Positions 9,801-18,156 of a DNA stretch of 39,466 bases are shown piece after piece (positions within the stretch are counted from its first letter, which is position 1; every line of letters starts with the position of its first letter). A program made the translations under genes and the position numbers. The notes beneath the pieces were generated by a model. It saw only the letters and a program-made list of their open reading frames with translations, was not told where the DNA came from and searched no databases. The stretch covers positions 1 through 39,466 of the forward strand of contig JAHJGQ010000100.1 of the NCBI GenBank assembly GCA_018824365.1. Direction: 5' to 3'. Origin of the DNA: Nanobdellota archaeon (GTDB lineage: Archaea > Nanobdellota > Nanobdellia > Woesearchaeales > GW2011-AR9).

Positions 9801-10118
9801 ATGGAAACAATAAGAATCGAAAAGAAAGTCTGGCCGGAATATTTCCAGAAAATAATCGACGAAAAGAAGACTTATGAATTAAGGCTTGCTGATTGGGTAT
9901 GTAAAGAAGGAGATTTGTTGGTCCTTAAAGAATGGAATCCAAAAACGAAAGAATTTACCGGAAGAGTTGTTGAGAAAGAAGTGACTTACGTCGGTAAAAC
10001 AAAACACATGAATTTTTGGTCAAAGGAAGATGTGGAAAAGTATGGTTTTCAGGTAATATCGTTTAAATCAAATAAGCAGAAATCTCCTGGATTAATCCTT
10101 GGAGATGAATGCTATTAA
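9801..10118 (+). CDS. DUF3850 / ASCH-like PUA-fold protein
   Basis: WPEYFQKIIDEKKTYELRLADW...GDLLVLKEW...FTGR...VTYV matches the remembered DUF3850 pattern. Confidence 0.6.
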   Translation: METIRIEKKVWPEYFQKIIDEKKTYELRLADWVCKEGDLLVLKEWNPKTKEFTGRVVEKEVTYVGKTKHMNFWSKEDVEKYGFQVISFKSNKQKSPGLILGDECY

Positions 10119-10150
10119 ACAGGCGAGGAGATTTCGCTATATTTGCTTTT

Positions 10151-10282
10151 TGAAAATCCGTCTTGGAAAAGCGGCGTAAATTCCCACCATTTATGGTTGG
10201 TTCTAAGAAATGTTTTGCATTTCTGGAACCCTCAGAAAATCTTTGTTTTCTGTTAGGGGATAGTCGCTTTTCAGGATTTTCA
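10151..10282. ncRNA. Candidate structured RNA (17-bp interrupted closing stem with three hairpins)
   Basis: 10151-10159 pairs with 10274-10282, and 10166-10173 with 10265-10272. Hairpins at 10183-10200, 10206-10224 and 10229-10259. Lies between convergent gene ends. Confidence 0.35.
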
Positions 10283-10301
10283 TTAAGTAAATTTTTCTTT
10301 C

Positions 10302-11384
10302 TTACAAAGTCAGATAATTAGCTGCCCATAACATCCCAGAATCGCAATAATAAAAAGGTGTGCTGAAAGGTTTACCTGCTGCTGAGAAGACTTCTAAAAA
10401 GTTTTTATGTTTCTCAATCAGTTCTTTATATTTCTCTTTATATTTTCTGGATCTATTTTCATCAACTTGCTGTAATAACTTTACATATAATGGACCCATG
10501 TGCATCCAGATAGCATTGCTTTCATAATCTCTAAAAAATAATTCCTGCCAGATGAAATTTATGTTTTCTCTTGAATTAGAGTATTTTAATGGAAAAGGTT
10601 CGTCCAGTTCAGCTTCATGCAGATGAGCAATTGCTGAATGAAGCATTTTTTTATCTTCAACAACACCAAAGATGAAAGGAAAAAAGTTTGCATCTCCTGT
10701 AATGTAATCTTTTTTTGTTAAGTCATCGTAAAAGTAAGCACCATTCCAAAAATGACGTTTGATGATGTCTGGATAATTAAATCCTTTGAAAGGATTGATT
10801 AGTTTCATCTCTTCAAGATCTTTAGCAAGCAAGGCAACCATGCAGTTATCATAACAAGAACTTTTTCTGACAGCAAAATCTTTCATCGAAGAAACGTGTA
10901 AATCTGGTTTGACTAAACCTGTATGTTCGTTAATGAATGTCTTAAAGAATTTTTTAGTTTCCTGATTAAGAAAATTTTTATGTGAATGATGAGGAAATTT
11001 TGATATTTTGATGCTATGGATTAACCAAGGCAGAGAATCAACAGCAGGCAAAGGAAAATCAAAAGGCTTACCTTTGGGAGTAATAGTTGTAGTTATCTTT
11101 TTATATTCCTTAAAACGATTTATTGCATACCTTAAAGTTTGATGTACTTCTTTCTCGTACTTAAGTGTCAGGAGAGATTTAGTACACCATCCAAAATCTC
11201 TTGTCCAAAATTGAGGAAAGTTTGTTGTAGACGTTTGAAAGAATCTATCATTCCAGCAGTCTTTAACTATTTGTTTGCAGATGGTTTCTGCATTGCCTTC
11301 GTATTTTTTCGGTGAGATGCGGTTTTTCCAGCTGGTTAGAAAGATGCGGGTTCCTTGTGTCAGATAATCAAGAATTGAGACCAT
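10302..11384 (-). CDS. Hypothetical protein, possibly an (alpha/alpha)6-barrel glycoside-hydrolase-like enzyme
   Basis: 360-aa ORF. FWTRDFGW resembles debranching-enzyme and trehalase-type motifs. The product call is weak. Confidence 0.45.
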   Translation of the reverse strand: MVSILDYLTQGTRIFLTSWKNRISPKKYEGNAETICKQIVKDCWNDRFFQTSTTNFPQFWTRDFGWCTKSLLTLKYEKEVHQTLRYAINRFKEYKKITTTITPKGKPFDFPLPAVDSLPWLIHSIKISKFPHHSHKNFLNQETKKFFKTFINEHTGLVKPDLHVSSMKDFAVRKSSCYDNCMVALLAKDLEEMKLINPFKGFNYPDIIKRHFWNGAYFYDDLTKKDYITGDANFFPFIFGVVEDKKMLHSAIAHLHEAELDEPFPLKYSNSRENINFIWQELFFRDYESNAIWMHMGPLYVKLLQQVDENRSRKYKEKYKELIEKHKNFLEVFSAAGKPFSTPFYYCDSGMLWAANYLTL

Positions 11385-11571
11385 AAATGTATGATGTAAG
11401 AGGTAATATAAAAATTTGTTGGAAAACGAATGTAATTGTGTTTAATATTTTAAAAAAAATATGAATCTCCCAAGATTACTCATCCTCAGCCTACTTCGAT
11501 CATTCCATTAAGGAATATTCAAGAGTTCTTCATCGGATCTTGAGACTTGGGAAGGAACGGACCCGGGGAGA

Positions 11572-11648
11572 CTTCCAAGGAATTGGTTACGAATAGCTAG
11601 CTATGAGTTACTTAAAACCCATGACTCCAAACCCAAAACCAATTATCT
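11572..11648 (-). other. tRNA-Arg intron 3 (77 nt, T-loop, position 59/60)
   Basis: Central helix UUCA:UGGA stacked on the T stem, bulges AAA and AGU, and an internal 6-bp helix AAUUGG/CCAAUU. The junction is ambiguous by about 1 nt. Confidence 0.6.
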
Positions 11649-11670
11649 TTTGAACTCCCGGTCTTTTGCT

Positions 11671-11687
11671 CTCTTCTCTTTTTAGAG
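11671..11687 (-). other. tRNA-Arg intron 2 (17 nt, canonical position 37/38)
   Basis: RNA sense CUCUAAAAAGAGAAGAG. The anticodon loop CUCC pairs with the intron GAAG, and bulges lie on both sides. Confidence 0.65.
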
Positions 11688-11706
11688 TAGGAGGCAAACG
11701 CCCTAT

Positions 11707-11725
11707 TTGTCTTCCTTTACAGGAA
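11707..11725 (-). other. tRNA-Arg intron 1 (19 nt, D-loop, position 19/20)
   Basis: RNA sense UUCCUGUAAAGGAAGACAA. Bulge-helix-bulge motif: central helix GCCU:AGAC (one C.A mismatch), 3-nt bulges GGU and AAA, and a 4-bp helix with a GUAA loop. Confidence 0.7.
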
Positions 11726-11769
11726 CCAGGCTAGGCTACGGGTCCTTAAAGCTTAAGTTTGATGAATTC

Positions 11770-11778
11770 TTTAATAAG
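11770..11778 (-). promoter_or_regulatory. Candidate TATA box for tRNA-Arg
   Basis: The minus strand reads CTTATTAAA, 25-33 nt upstream of tRNA position 1. Confidence 0.35.
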
Positions 11779-11801
11779 TTTTTTCATAAATTCGTAATTT
11801 T

Positions 11802-11816
11802 GTTAGCTCAACTAAC
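11802..11816. repeat. Palindromic 15-mer GTTAGCTCAACTAAC (copy 1)
   Basis: 5-bp arms GTTAG/CTAAC. An identical copy lies 40 bp away. Confidence 0.8.
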
Positions 11817-11841
11817 AAAGAAATAGCTTTTTCTTTAATTG

Positions 11842-11856
11842 GTTAGCTCAACTAAC
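11842..11856. repeat. Palindromic 15-mer GTTAGCTCAACTAAC (copy 2)
   Basis: Identical to 11802-11816, including the following A. Confidence 0.8.
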
Positions 11857-11956
11857 AGAAACTTCAAATAGTAATTATCATAACAAAATTCTGTTAAATC
11901 CAATTAAACAATTTTTTTTTCTAAAAAAAGAGGATTGAAAGGATAAGGAACCACCC

Positions 11957-12409
11957 TCACCCCTCATGAATCACAATCATAGACTGTGTTTTATCAATCC
12001 CCTCAACCAACTGTAGTTTTCCCAACAATACTTTATCAAACCGTTGAGCATCAGCAACTCTTAGAAAAGCGACCAAATCTGTGCCGCCAGAAACGATATC
12101 TACTTTTTCAATAAAATCAAAACTTTTGATCTCTTTAGCTAAATCATATTGGGTTTTCTTCTTTTGTTTAAGCAATGGTAAATTAGCTGAGAATAAAATA
12201 TATGCTGCGAAACCTTTGCCGATCTTTGAATTATCCAGTTCGACAGTAAATTTTTTGATAATTTTCTCTTTCTTAAGTCTTTTAATCCGGTTATGTATTG
12301 TTGTGATGGGTAATAATGTCTTCTTGGCAATCTGTCTAGTAGTGTAATCACCATGTTCTTTCAACACTTCTAATATTTTTTGGTCTTTATCATCCAAAAT
12401 ATAATCCAT
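11957..12409 (-). CDS. Lrp/AsnC family transcriptional regulator
   Basis: 150-aa ORF with an N-terminal HTH (DDKDQKILEVLKEHGDYTTRQIAKKTLLPITTIHNRIKRL) and a RAM-type C-terminal domain. Divergent from asnA. Confidence 0.85.
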   Translation of the reverse strand: MDYILDDKDQKILEVLKEHGDYTTRQIAKKTLLPITTIHNRIKRLKKEKIIKKFTVELDNSKIGKGFAAYILFSANLPLLKQKKKTQYDLAKEIKSFDFIEKVDIVSGGTDLVAFLRVADAQRFDKVLLGKLQLVEGIDKTQSMIVIHEG

Positions 12410-12617
12410 TATGGAACAAATGTTCCGCTTATATTTAAATATTGCTAATTTTTTGCTGTTTTTTCCATTAATTTTGGAATGATTTTATTAATAAGCTATG
12501 TTAATAGATATTATAAAGAAAAGATGGAGGAAAGAAAATGAAAGAAGAAAAATCATTTGAAATTAATGTGCGATTAGGACTGCCCTATGGTCGTCTGATC
12601 TGTTAGGAGGTAAAAAA

Positions 12618-13646
12618 ATGAAAACATTACCTGAAGATTACAAAGCAAAACTTAACTTTTTCCAGACAGAAAAAGGGATCAAGCTAGTCAAAGACACTTT
12701 TGAAAAAAGATTGGCTGAAAAACTTTCTTTAATCAGGGTATCTGCACCTAGGTTCTTGACAGTAGGCACGGGACTGCAAGATGATCTGGCAGGAACACAA
12801 GTACCGGTCGGTTTTAAAACTAAGTTTACTGATAAACGTGTAGAGATTGTACATAGTCTTGCCAAATGGAAAAGACATGCCTTAGGAAAATATGGATTCA
12901 AGACAGGAACAGGATTATATACAGACATGGATGCAATAAGAAAAGATGAAGACGTAAGCCCGATACATAGTATTTATGTTGATCAATGGGATTGGGAGAG
13001 GATTGTTTCTAAAGAAGAAAGAAGTTTAGAATTCCTTAAAGAGATAGTTCAAAAGATTTACCAAGCAATCTTAGAAACAGAAGAAGTTGTGGGAGAAAAA
13101 TTTTCAGAATTAGAGTCACAGCTACCAAAAACGATTACTTTTGTTCATTCAGAAGAATTAGAAAAAGCTTATCCTCATCTACCATCTAAAGAGAGGGAAG
13201 ATGAAATAACCAAGAAACATAGAGCTGTATTTCTGATTGGAATTGGTCATCCTTTAAGCTCTGGAAAACCTCACGATTTAAGGGCAGCAGATTATGATGA
13301 TTGGATTACAGAAACATCTGCCGAAACAAAAGGATTAAACGGAGATATTCTTGTCTGGGATAAAGTTAGAGAAAAATGCTTAGAGATATCTTCAATGGGT
13401 ATAAGAGTAGATAAAGAATCTTTATTGAAGCAATTAGATATGATGGATCTAGATGAAAGGAAAAGTTTAGAATTCCATAAAAAAATACTTGAAGAAGAAT
13501 TGCCTCTTAGTGTTGGTGGAGGGATCGGTCAGTCTAGGCTTTGTATGCTCCTTTTACAGAAAGCACATATTGGAGAAGTTCAGTCAAGTATCTGGCCGGA
13601 AGAGGTTGTAGAAGAATTTGATAAGAAAAGAATTGCTTTGTTATAA
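12618..13646 (+). CDS. asnA: Aspartate--ammonia ligase (asparagine synthetase A)
   Basis: Collinear with remembered E. coli AsnA motifs: VHSLAKWKR, YVDQWDWE, GDILVW, SSMGIRVD and GGGIGQSRL. An AGGAGG sequence precedes the ATG. Confidence 0.9.
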   Translation: MKTLPEDYKAKLNFFQTEKGIKLVKDTFEKRLAEKLSLIRVSAPRFLTVGTGLQDDLAGTQVPVGFKTKFTDKRVEIVHSLAKWKRHALGKYGFKTGTGLYTDMDAIRKDEDVSPIHSIYVDQWDWERIVSKEERSLEFLKEIVQKIYQAILETEEVVGEKFSELESQLPKTITFVHSEELEKAYPHLPSKEREDEITKKHRAVFLIGIGHPLSSGKPHDLRAADYDDWITETSAETKGLNGDILVWDKVREKCLEISSMGIRVDKESLLKQLDMMDLDERKSLEFHKKILEEELPLSVGGGIGQSRLCMLLLQKAHIGEVQSSIWPEEVVEEFDKKRIALL

Positions 13647-13713
13647 TTTTTTTATTTTCTTTAATTTGATTTTAAGAAAACCTTTTTATAATGATTTGAT
13701 ATTTCACATAAAA

Positions 13714-15012
13714 ATGACAAAATACATTTCAATTCAAGAAGCAATGGACAAAGGAAAAGGCAAAGTATCAGTCAGAGGATGGATTCACAGAGAAAGGGGA
13801 AGCAATAAATTAAAATTCATAACCTTAAGGGATTCAAGCAACGTAATTCAATGTGTTTTTGAAAGGGTTGAATTTGAGAAACGTTGGGAAGAGATTGATC
13901 ATCTTCAAGTTGAAACTTCTATAATGATTCAAGGTGAGATTAAAGAAGATAAAAGGGCTCCAACTGGTTATGAAATTCATGTAGATGATTTTGAAGTGGT
14001 AGGAAAAAGTGAAAATTATCCGATAGGTAAAGATTTATCAGTAGAATTCCTGGCAGATAATCGGCACTTATGGTTAAGAAGCAGGAAGATGATTGCAATA
14101 TTAAAGATTCGTTCTACAGTCTTTGCAGCAATTGATGAATATTTCAAAGGAGAAGGATTTTATGAATACCATTCACCAATTTTTCAGTCAGTACAATGCG
14201 AGGGAGGTTCTACTTTATTTCAAGTGCCTTACTTCGGCAAGAAAGGTGTCTTTTTGGGACAGACCTGGCAATTATATGCAGAACCGGCAATCTTTGCTTT
14301 GGAAAAGATTTACACCATCTCACCTAGTTTTAGGGCTGAAAAATCAAAGACTAGCAGGCATCTGACGGAATATTGGCATGCAGAAATGGAAATCGCTTGG
14401 GCAGATTTTGACGAAATTATTGATTATGGTGAAAGATTAATCAAGCATGTTGTCAAAAAAGTTTTAGAGAAACATAAAGAAGATTTAGAAATATTAGGAA
14501 GAGATATTGAAAAACTTAAACCCTCAATAAAGAAGCCCTTCGTGAGGATGACATACACTGAAGCATTGAAAATTCTGGAAAAGAAATGCGACATGAAAGT
14601 AAAATGGGGTAAAGATTTAAGAACAATCGAAGAAGAAAAATTAACCTTATTGTACGATGTTCCTATCATCGTAACTCATTATCCAAAAAAAGTCAAAGCT
14701 TTTTACATGACTGAAGATCCAGAAAATCCTGACGTTGTTCAGGGAGCAGACTTTTTAGCTCCTGAAGGTTATGGTGAAATTGTTGGTGGATCACACAGAG
14801 AACATGACCTAGAAAAAATAAAGAAGCGTCTGATTGATGATGGTGAAGACCCTGCTGAATACGAATTCTATCTAGATACAAGAAGATATGGCTCCGTGCC
14901 CCACGGCGGTTTTGGTATGGGCGTAGAAAGATTAATCGCCTGGATCTGTAAGTTAGATACGATTAAGGATGCCATTCCTTTTCCAAGGACGATGGAAAGG
15001 TATAAGCCTTAA
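13714..15012 (+). CDS. asnS: Asparagine--tRNA ligase
   Basis: Class IIb synthetase with an OB-fold N-terminus, motif 2 FRAEKSKTSRHLTEYWHAEME and motif 3 GGFGMGVERL. The start is set at ATG 13714, not the track start 13618. Confidence 0.9.
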   Translation: MTKYISIQEAMDKGKGKVSVRGWIHRERGSNKLKFITLRDSSNVIQCVFERVEFEKRWEEIDHLQVETSIMIQGEIKEDKRAPTGYEIHVDDFEVVGKSENYPIGKDLSVEFLADNRHLWLRSRKMIAILKIRSTVFAAIDEYFKGEGFYEYHSPIFQSVQCEGGSTLFQVPYFGKKGVFLGQTWQLYAEPAIFALEKIYTISPSFRAEKSKTSRHLTEYWHAEMEIAWADFDEIIDYGERLIKHVVKKVLEKHKEDLEILGRDIEKLKPSIKKPFVRMTYTEALKILEKKCDMKVKWGKDLRTIEEEKLTLLYDVPIIVTHYPKKVKAFYMTEDPENPDVVQGADFLAPEGYGEIVGGSHREHDLEKIKKRLIDDGEDPAEYEFYLDTRRYGSVPHGGFGMGVERLIAWICKLDTIKDAIPFPRTMERYKP

Positions 15013-15014
15013 TA

Positions 15015-15515
15015 ATGGTTATTAACTTCAATAAAATATTACCAGAATCTTTAGAAAATATTGACTTTAACCGTTATTGCCATTTCTTAATACACGAAAA
15101 AGAAGAAGTAAGAACCTATACTAATTCAGATGAGATAATCAGTAATTATGGTGATGCTAAATGGAATATCATTGACCTGTTAAATGAAAAATTCAATTCC
15201 AACTTTGATTTACATAACTGGATTAATAAAAATAAAGATGACGAAATTTCTTACTTTCTGAATGAAGCTGGTTCAAATAGTTTAAATCATTCGCAATTCA
15301 AAGCACCTTACAAGTTTCATCTGTGGTTAGGAGAAGAAAGTTTTGTAATTGGTATTGAACAGAAAGGAAAAGGTTTCAATGCAAAAGAGATTGATGATAA
15401 AAGAATAAAAGATAATGAAGGTAATGCGTTTGAATTTTTTAGAAATTGTAAAAGCGAAGTTTTCTTTGATGATTGTGAAGATGCTAAGATTGTCTTTATT
15501 GAATTTAAGTTTTAG
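15015..15515 (+). CDS. Hypothetical protein, possibly a small GHKL/HATPase-like fold
   Basis: 166-aa ORF. NEAGSNSLNH (N-box-like) and EQKGKGF (G1-like) are weak matches. Confidence 0.45.
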   Translation: MVINFNKILPESLENIDFNRYCHFLIHEKEEVRTYTNSDEIISNYGDAKWNIIDLLNEKFNSNFDLHNWINKNKDDEISYFLNEAGSNSLNHSQFKAPYKFHLWLGEESFVIGIEQKGKGFNAKEIDDKRIKDNEGNAFEFFRNCKSEVFFDDCEDAKIVFIEFKF

Positions 15516-15534
15516 GATGTTGATTTCTTGACAA

Positions 15535-16878
15535 TTATTCCCTAAACTTAACCAAACCAGTATGAGGATCGTACTTCATCCTTGTAAATATCTTACTGTC
15601 AGTCACTCCATTCTTTTCGTAGGGATCAGCAATCATCTTCATCATCACTAATCTTCCGATCTCTGTATCGTTCAATGCTCTTATTCTCATATTATCTGTT
15701 TCAGGATTCTTTTCAAGCATAACTGTCCTGTAACGCAGCTTGTCTACATAATCAACCATTCCTTTGGATGGTACTAAAAATGGTAATGAATGTATCCTTC
15801 TCTTTTCCCATTCCTGTTCCATCATCGCTTTAAGCCCGTGCAAGGAAGCGATCTCGTGCGGGCAGAAATAATACTCTTTCAACTTTGTATCTTTTCTATC
15901 ACTGCGATAATTCTTATCCTTGCAATAACATTCGCCGAACATGTCCCATACGGTACTTACTATTCGTGGATCTTCTTCTTCAAACATGGGAATGTTGACT
16001 ATCTTAACGTTATATTCTTTGTAAATGTTTGTCTTTGATGGTACAATAAAATTTCTTCCCATACTATGCTTAAATCCGCGCTTGTTGGGTTCAATCAAAT
16101 CTCTCTGCCTAACTTGCAGCTGTGCAACATAATGGCTTAACTCTTTGCCTTCTGTCCTCTGAGATTTTAAATGAGCTTGATACTTGCTTAATTTTCTTCT
16201 TTTTTTCTCCAGTTCTTTTCTGGTAAACTCTTCACCGGTAGCTGAATTTATTCCTGATTCAACTTCCATCTCTAATCTAGGGATTCCTAGTTGATAATAA
16301 GCTAGATTTTGAAATGCTCTTAATTCTGCACCTTTAATATTATTCATTATCGGTACTACCCTAAGACTTTTATCTGCACCGGTCCAGCAGTAACCAATAA
16401 ATTTCCTGTCAATATATTTGTCTTTATGTTGGTTAAGATATTTGAAAGCTGTAGAGATAACATCTTCCGGATGCCAATTAAGTTCTTCTTTTTGTCTTAC
16501 GGTCAATCTTCTTCCCGGATCATTGTTATCTAACAAAGCTCTTCTTATCATTACCTTATCAAGATTAACCATGGAATCCATTTCGTAACAGATCAATTCC
16601 CTGCTCTCACCAGCAGGAATCCGATAAGCAGCAGGTAATATCAATAATCTGTCTCTTTCAAGACTTTTAATCTTATCGACTAAAGCTTGATTATCTAATT
16701 GGTAGGATTTACCATCAAGCAATTGTTCTAAATTCTCTTCTTTTGTTCCTACAATAATATCTACTTCTAACAAATCTTTAGGGACAATCCTTTTCTTGTC
16801 AAGAAATTGTAATAATATTCTTCTAGCATCCCATCTCTTAAAATAATCCTTTCTTGGCTGTGATAGGTTGATGAGCAT
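15535..16878 (-). CDS. SWIM zinc-finger-containing protein of unknown function
   Basis: 447-aa ORF. CYCKDKNYRSDRKDTKLKEYYFCPH fits the CxCxnCxH pattern. Confidence 0.6.
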   Translation of the reverse strand: MLINLSQPRKDYFKRWDARRILLQFLDKKRIVPKDLLEVDIIVGTKEENLEQLLDGKSYQLDNQALVDKIKSLERDRLLILPAAYRIPAGESRELICYEMDSMVNLDKVMIRRALLDNNDPGRRLTVRQKEELNWHPEDVISTAFKYLNQHKDKYIDRKFIGYCWTGADKSLRVVPIMNNIKGAELRAFQNLAYYQLGIPRLEMEVESGINSATGEEFTRKELEKKRRKLSKYQAHLKSQRTEGKELSHYVAQLQVRQRDLIEPNKRGFKHSMGRNFIVPSKTNIYKEYNVKIVNIPMFEEEDPRIVSTVWDMFGECYCKDKNYRSDRKDTKLKEYYFCPHEIASLHGLKAMMEQEWEKRRIHSLPFLVPSKGMVDYVDKLRYRTVMLEKNPETDNMRIRALNDTEIGRLVMMKMIADPYEKNGVTDSKIFTRMKYDPHTGLVKFRE

Positions 16879-16988
16879 ATTATGCTGGATTTATATTTAA
16901 TATATAAAACTTTCTGAGCAATTATTATCTCTCAGTAGTTACACAATTAAAGAAACTCTTTTATTATAGCTTATCTCTCAAAGTAAAC

Positions 16989-17990
16989 ATGTACATCCTT
17001 AAACAACTTCCTGAAGATTTTATCGTAAAAGAAATAAGTAATGTAGAAATAAAAGATAAAGGTAAATATTTCTATTACAAATTAAAGAAAACTAATCGTA
17101 ATACTTTAGATGTTGTTAAAGAAATCGCTAAACAATTGAATGTTAAAGAAAAACAAGTAGGTTTTGCCGGCAGCAAGGACAAGCATGCAGTTACAGAACA
17201 ATTGATATCGGCACCAAAAAAGCTAGATAAGATAAATATTGATAAAGTCTCTTTAGAATTTCTTGGTTATGGAAATAAACCTATTTCTTTAGGTGATCTG
17301 GAAGAGAATGAATTTGAGATCGTTGTCAGACATTTAGAAAATTTTTCTATTGACAAAATTAATCTTGTAGAAAATTATTTTGATGAACAGAGGTTTTCTC
17401 TTCATAATGTTGATATCGGCAGGCATCTGATAAAAAAAGAGTTTGAAGATGCAGTAAAACTTATTGATGACAGCAGAGCAAATGAACATCTGAAGAAACG
17501 TAAGAATGATTTTATCGGTGCCTTAAAGAATCTGCCGATAAGATTGCTAAGGATGTACGTAAACGCTTACCAAAGTTATCTTTGGAATGAAACTTTGGCA
17601 GGTCACTTAAGAAAGAAGGGAAAGGTTCTCAAAGAAGTTGAATACTCATTAGGAAAAATAGTTTTTGTTTCTGATGCAGAAAAATTTGTAGATTTAGAAA
17701 TTCCTTTGATAGGTTTTGGTTGTGAAAGTTTGGATAATTTTAAAGATATAATAAAGAAAATTATGGAAAAAGAAAATCTTGATTATCCCGATTTTGTCAT
17801 TAAACAGATTCCAGAACTTTCTTTAGAAGGAGATTTAAGAAAGGCATTTGTAAAAATAAATAATCTGAAAATCAGTAAAGAAACAAATGATGATTTCAAT
17901 AAAGATAAAAAGAAACTTACAGTTAAATTTTCTTTAGGGAAAGGAAGTTATGCTACCATGGTTGTAAGAAGGATGATATCTTTAGAATAA
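16989..17990 (+). CDS. truD: tRNA pseudouridine(13) synthase TruD
   Basis: Catalytic motif GFAGSKDKHAVTEQ and typical archaeal TruD length. Confidence 0.85.
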   Translation: MYILKQLPEDFIVKEISNVEIKDKGKYFYYKLKKTNRNTLDVVKEIAKQLNVKEKQVGFAGSKDKHAVTEQLISAPKKLDKINIDKVSLEFLGYGNKPISLGDLEENEFEIVVRHLENFSIDKINLVENYFDEQRFSLHNVDIGRHLIKKEFEDAVKLIDDSRANEHLKKRKNDFIGALKNLPIRLLRMYVNAYQSYLWNETLAGHLRKKGKVLKEVEYSLGKIVFVSDAEKFVDLEIPLIGFGCESLDNFKDIIKKIMEKENLDYPDFVIKQIPELSLEGDLRKAFVKINNLKISKETNDDFNKDKKKLTVKFSLGKGSYATMVVRRMISLE

Positions 17991-18156
17991 GAATAAATAT
18001 TTGGATTTTTGTTAAACTCACTAAAACATCTTATATTTTTGCGAAATGATAAAAATTAGTGAACGTACTTTTATCTGTTTTCTTTAGAATTTAATCATCA
18101 ACAGAAGGGGGTCTTACTGCTAACTCTAAGCAAGTTTAACTTCCTTTGTCCCTAAA

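Larger units (their letters stand above)
11558..11745 (-). tRNA. tRNA-Arg(CCU) with three introns
   Basis: After removing the three inserts, the minus-strand exons (20+19+22+14 nt) join to GGACCCGTAGCCTAGCCTGGATAGGGCGTTTGCCTCCTAAGCAAAAGACCGGGAGTTCAAATCTCCCCGGGTCCG. The stems are all paired: acceptor GGACCCG/CGGGTCC, D stem, anticodon stem TTTGC/GCAAA and T stem GGGAG/CTCCC. U8, A14, G15:C48, G18G19, A20, loop CUCCUAA and T-loop UUCAAAU are all present. Confidence 0.8.

Noticed and set aside
11461-11760. A GC-richer island of about 300 nt, first considered as SRP RNA (UUCCU-GUAA-AGGAA hairpin resembling helix 8) or RNase P RNA (ACAGGAACCAGGCUA resembling CR-V).
   Set aside because: The universally conserved SRP AGCA/AGG loop and the RNase P GGAAAGUCC are absent, and the two partial matches lie on opposite strands. 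The minus strand resolves cleanly into tRNA-Arg(CCU) with three introns. The GUAA hairpin is intron 1.
13618-13713. N-terminal extension of asnS as given by the track (MIRKELLCYNFFIFF...).
   Set aside because: It overlaps the end of asnA and translates an AT-rich spacer. The conserved AsnRS N-terminus begins at ATG 13714.
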